63,308 nucleotides of DNA from Octopus bimaculoides (lineage: Eukaryota), in NCBI RefSeq assembly GCF_001194135.2, contig NC_068987.1, positions 47,489,494 to 47,552,801 on the forward strand, in the 5' to 3' direction. The translations under genes and the position numbers were made by a program. Below are positions 62,085 to 63,308 of the stretch, piece by piece (position 1 is the stretch's first letter; each line of letters starts with the position of its first letter). The notes under the pieces were generated by a model. That model saw nothing but the letters and a program-made list of their open reading frames with translations. It ran no database searches and was not told where the DNA came from.

Positions 62085-63308
62085 TTGGGTTGTCAGATAA
62101 ATTTGTTTGTTTCTTTCTAATGTTATTAGAATTAGCATGAAAAATATTTTTATCATATTGTTCTGTTTTTTTTTTGTAGCTATATTCTTCCTCTACAACT
62201 TTTGTTTATCATTTTTGAAATTTGAATAAATTTTACTTCTTTTCAGACATATGATGATGGAGTGCCAAGTAGAAAAAAAAAAAAATGAGCATTTTTGACA
62301 CTTGCTTCTCTTCACTTTCATTCAAGGTCCTAAAGCTACCAAAGTTGCTCAAGACATTTGTGCTGTGTATGGAGAACTGCACAGAAATGGTTTACATGCT
62401 TCATGGAGGGTAATTCAAATTCACAGACTCTTCACATTCCTCCCAACCTGTTCAGTTCAATGAGGATTGATTGAATGAGCTCATCCATGTAGATCTGTGC
62501 CAATCCACTTGAGAATTGGCCCAGCAGATGGAATGCTTTCATGATATCTTCAGTTGTCACTCTCACTTGAGTAAAGTTCAAAAGTTTGCTGCATGGGTTC
62601 CACATACTCTAAGTGAGACAAACTCCAGCTTCTCTATCACTGCCAAATTGTTTGCTTAATACTAGACAACTTGTGGACACAGAAATTTCTTCACTGCATG
62701 TCATCACCAGTGATGAAAAATGGTGTCTTTATGTCAATATGCTGTTGAAGAAAGAAAGGCTGAATACTGACAAGCAACCAACATCTTGAGCCAAACCAGA
62801 GCTGCATTCATGTAAGGCAACAATCTGTGTCTGGTGGGATTAGGAAGGGATAATCTACTACAAAATGCTTGAAAACAACCACATGGTCAATGTAGAGCAT
62901 TACATTCAGCAAATAGACTGGTTCATTTTGGGCAATCCAACTGAAACAACCCAACCAATGACATGGTGTTCTTCTTCAACATGACAACACTCACCTCATC
63001 ATTATATTGACCACAAATACCATTCAAGAGCTCAATTGGGAAGTTCTGCTGCACCCATCATATTCTCCTAATGCTTTCACATTATCACCTTTTCTGGTAC
63101 CTTTCCATTGTTTGGAAGGCATTTCATTCAACAATGATGTGGAGCTGAAACTGTTGCTCAGTGTATTCTTTGAGTCAAGACTTAATAATTTACACTGTCT
63201 AGGCATTGAAAAGCTAGTGGGGGCATTGCCAAGAAGTGAACAATGAAGGAAAATATATAACTGACTGATTTGTTAAAATTATTGATTAAAAACTTTTTTT
63301 AAATAAAT
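62085..63308 (+). mobile_element. Classical mariner (DD34D-type) pseudogene, probably running off the window end
   Basis: MECQVEK..EHF start at 62257, WVPH, ITSDEKW, VWWD, LQHDN, WEVLLHPSYSP. Left end ta|ttgggttgtcagataa. Confidence 0.85.

Noticed and set aside
1-63308. CRISPR arrays, rRNA or genuine tRNA genes
   Set aside because: None seen. tRNA-like A/B boxes all belong to SINE heads, and the short repeat arrays have no unique spacers.

Overview
AT-rich, repeat-dense animal genomic DNA from a draft assembly with 7 N-gaps. The SINE/RTE repertoire, the microsatellite load and the effector-less C2H2 gene array point to a coleoid cephalopod, most likely Octopus; this is inference, not a database result. 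The only intact host coding sequences are three tandem, same-strand paralogous C2H2 zinc-finger genes (CDS at 21513, 46163 and ~55479). Each appears to be a two-exon unit: a conserved promoter and non-coding first exon (~12.1, ~39.2, ~52.3 kb) carrying a conserved hairpin or inverted-ETS block and a GT donor, a TE-filled intron of 9.2, 6.8 or 3.0 kb, then one coding exon with 8 fingers. Finger 1 has decayed in the third copy. The rest is mostly transposon debris: two head-to-tail Tx1/L1-like LINEs, several RTE LINEs and their tails, four SINE families, a hAT transposase pseudogene, hAT and piggyBac-type MITEs, a DD41D Tc1/mariner, a classical mariner and Helitron-like pieces. The most notable observations are (i) the conserved non-coding front end and finger-by-finger divergence pattern of the ZNF units, and (ii) a TIR element with an 8-bp TSD that holds a 129-bp perfect inverted copy of DNA 2.8 kb away (Pack-TIR-like capture), one of several local template-switch scars. 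Exon structures are inferred from paralog comparison only. Repeat coordinates are approximate unless TIRs or TSDs are quoted.
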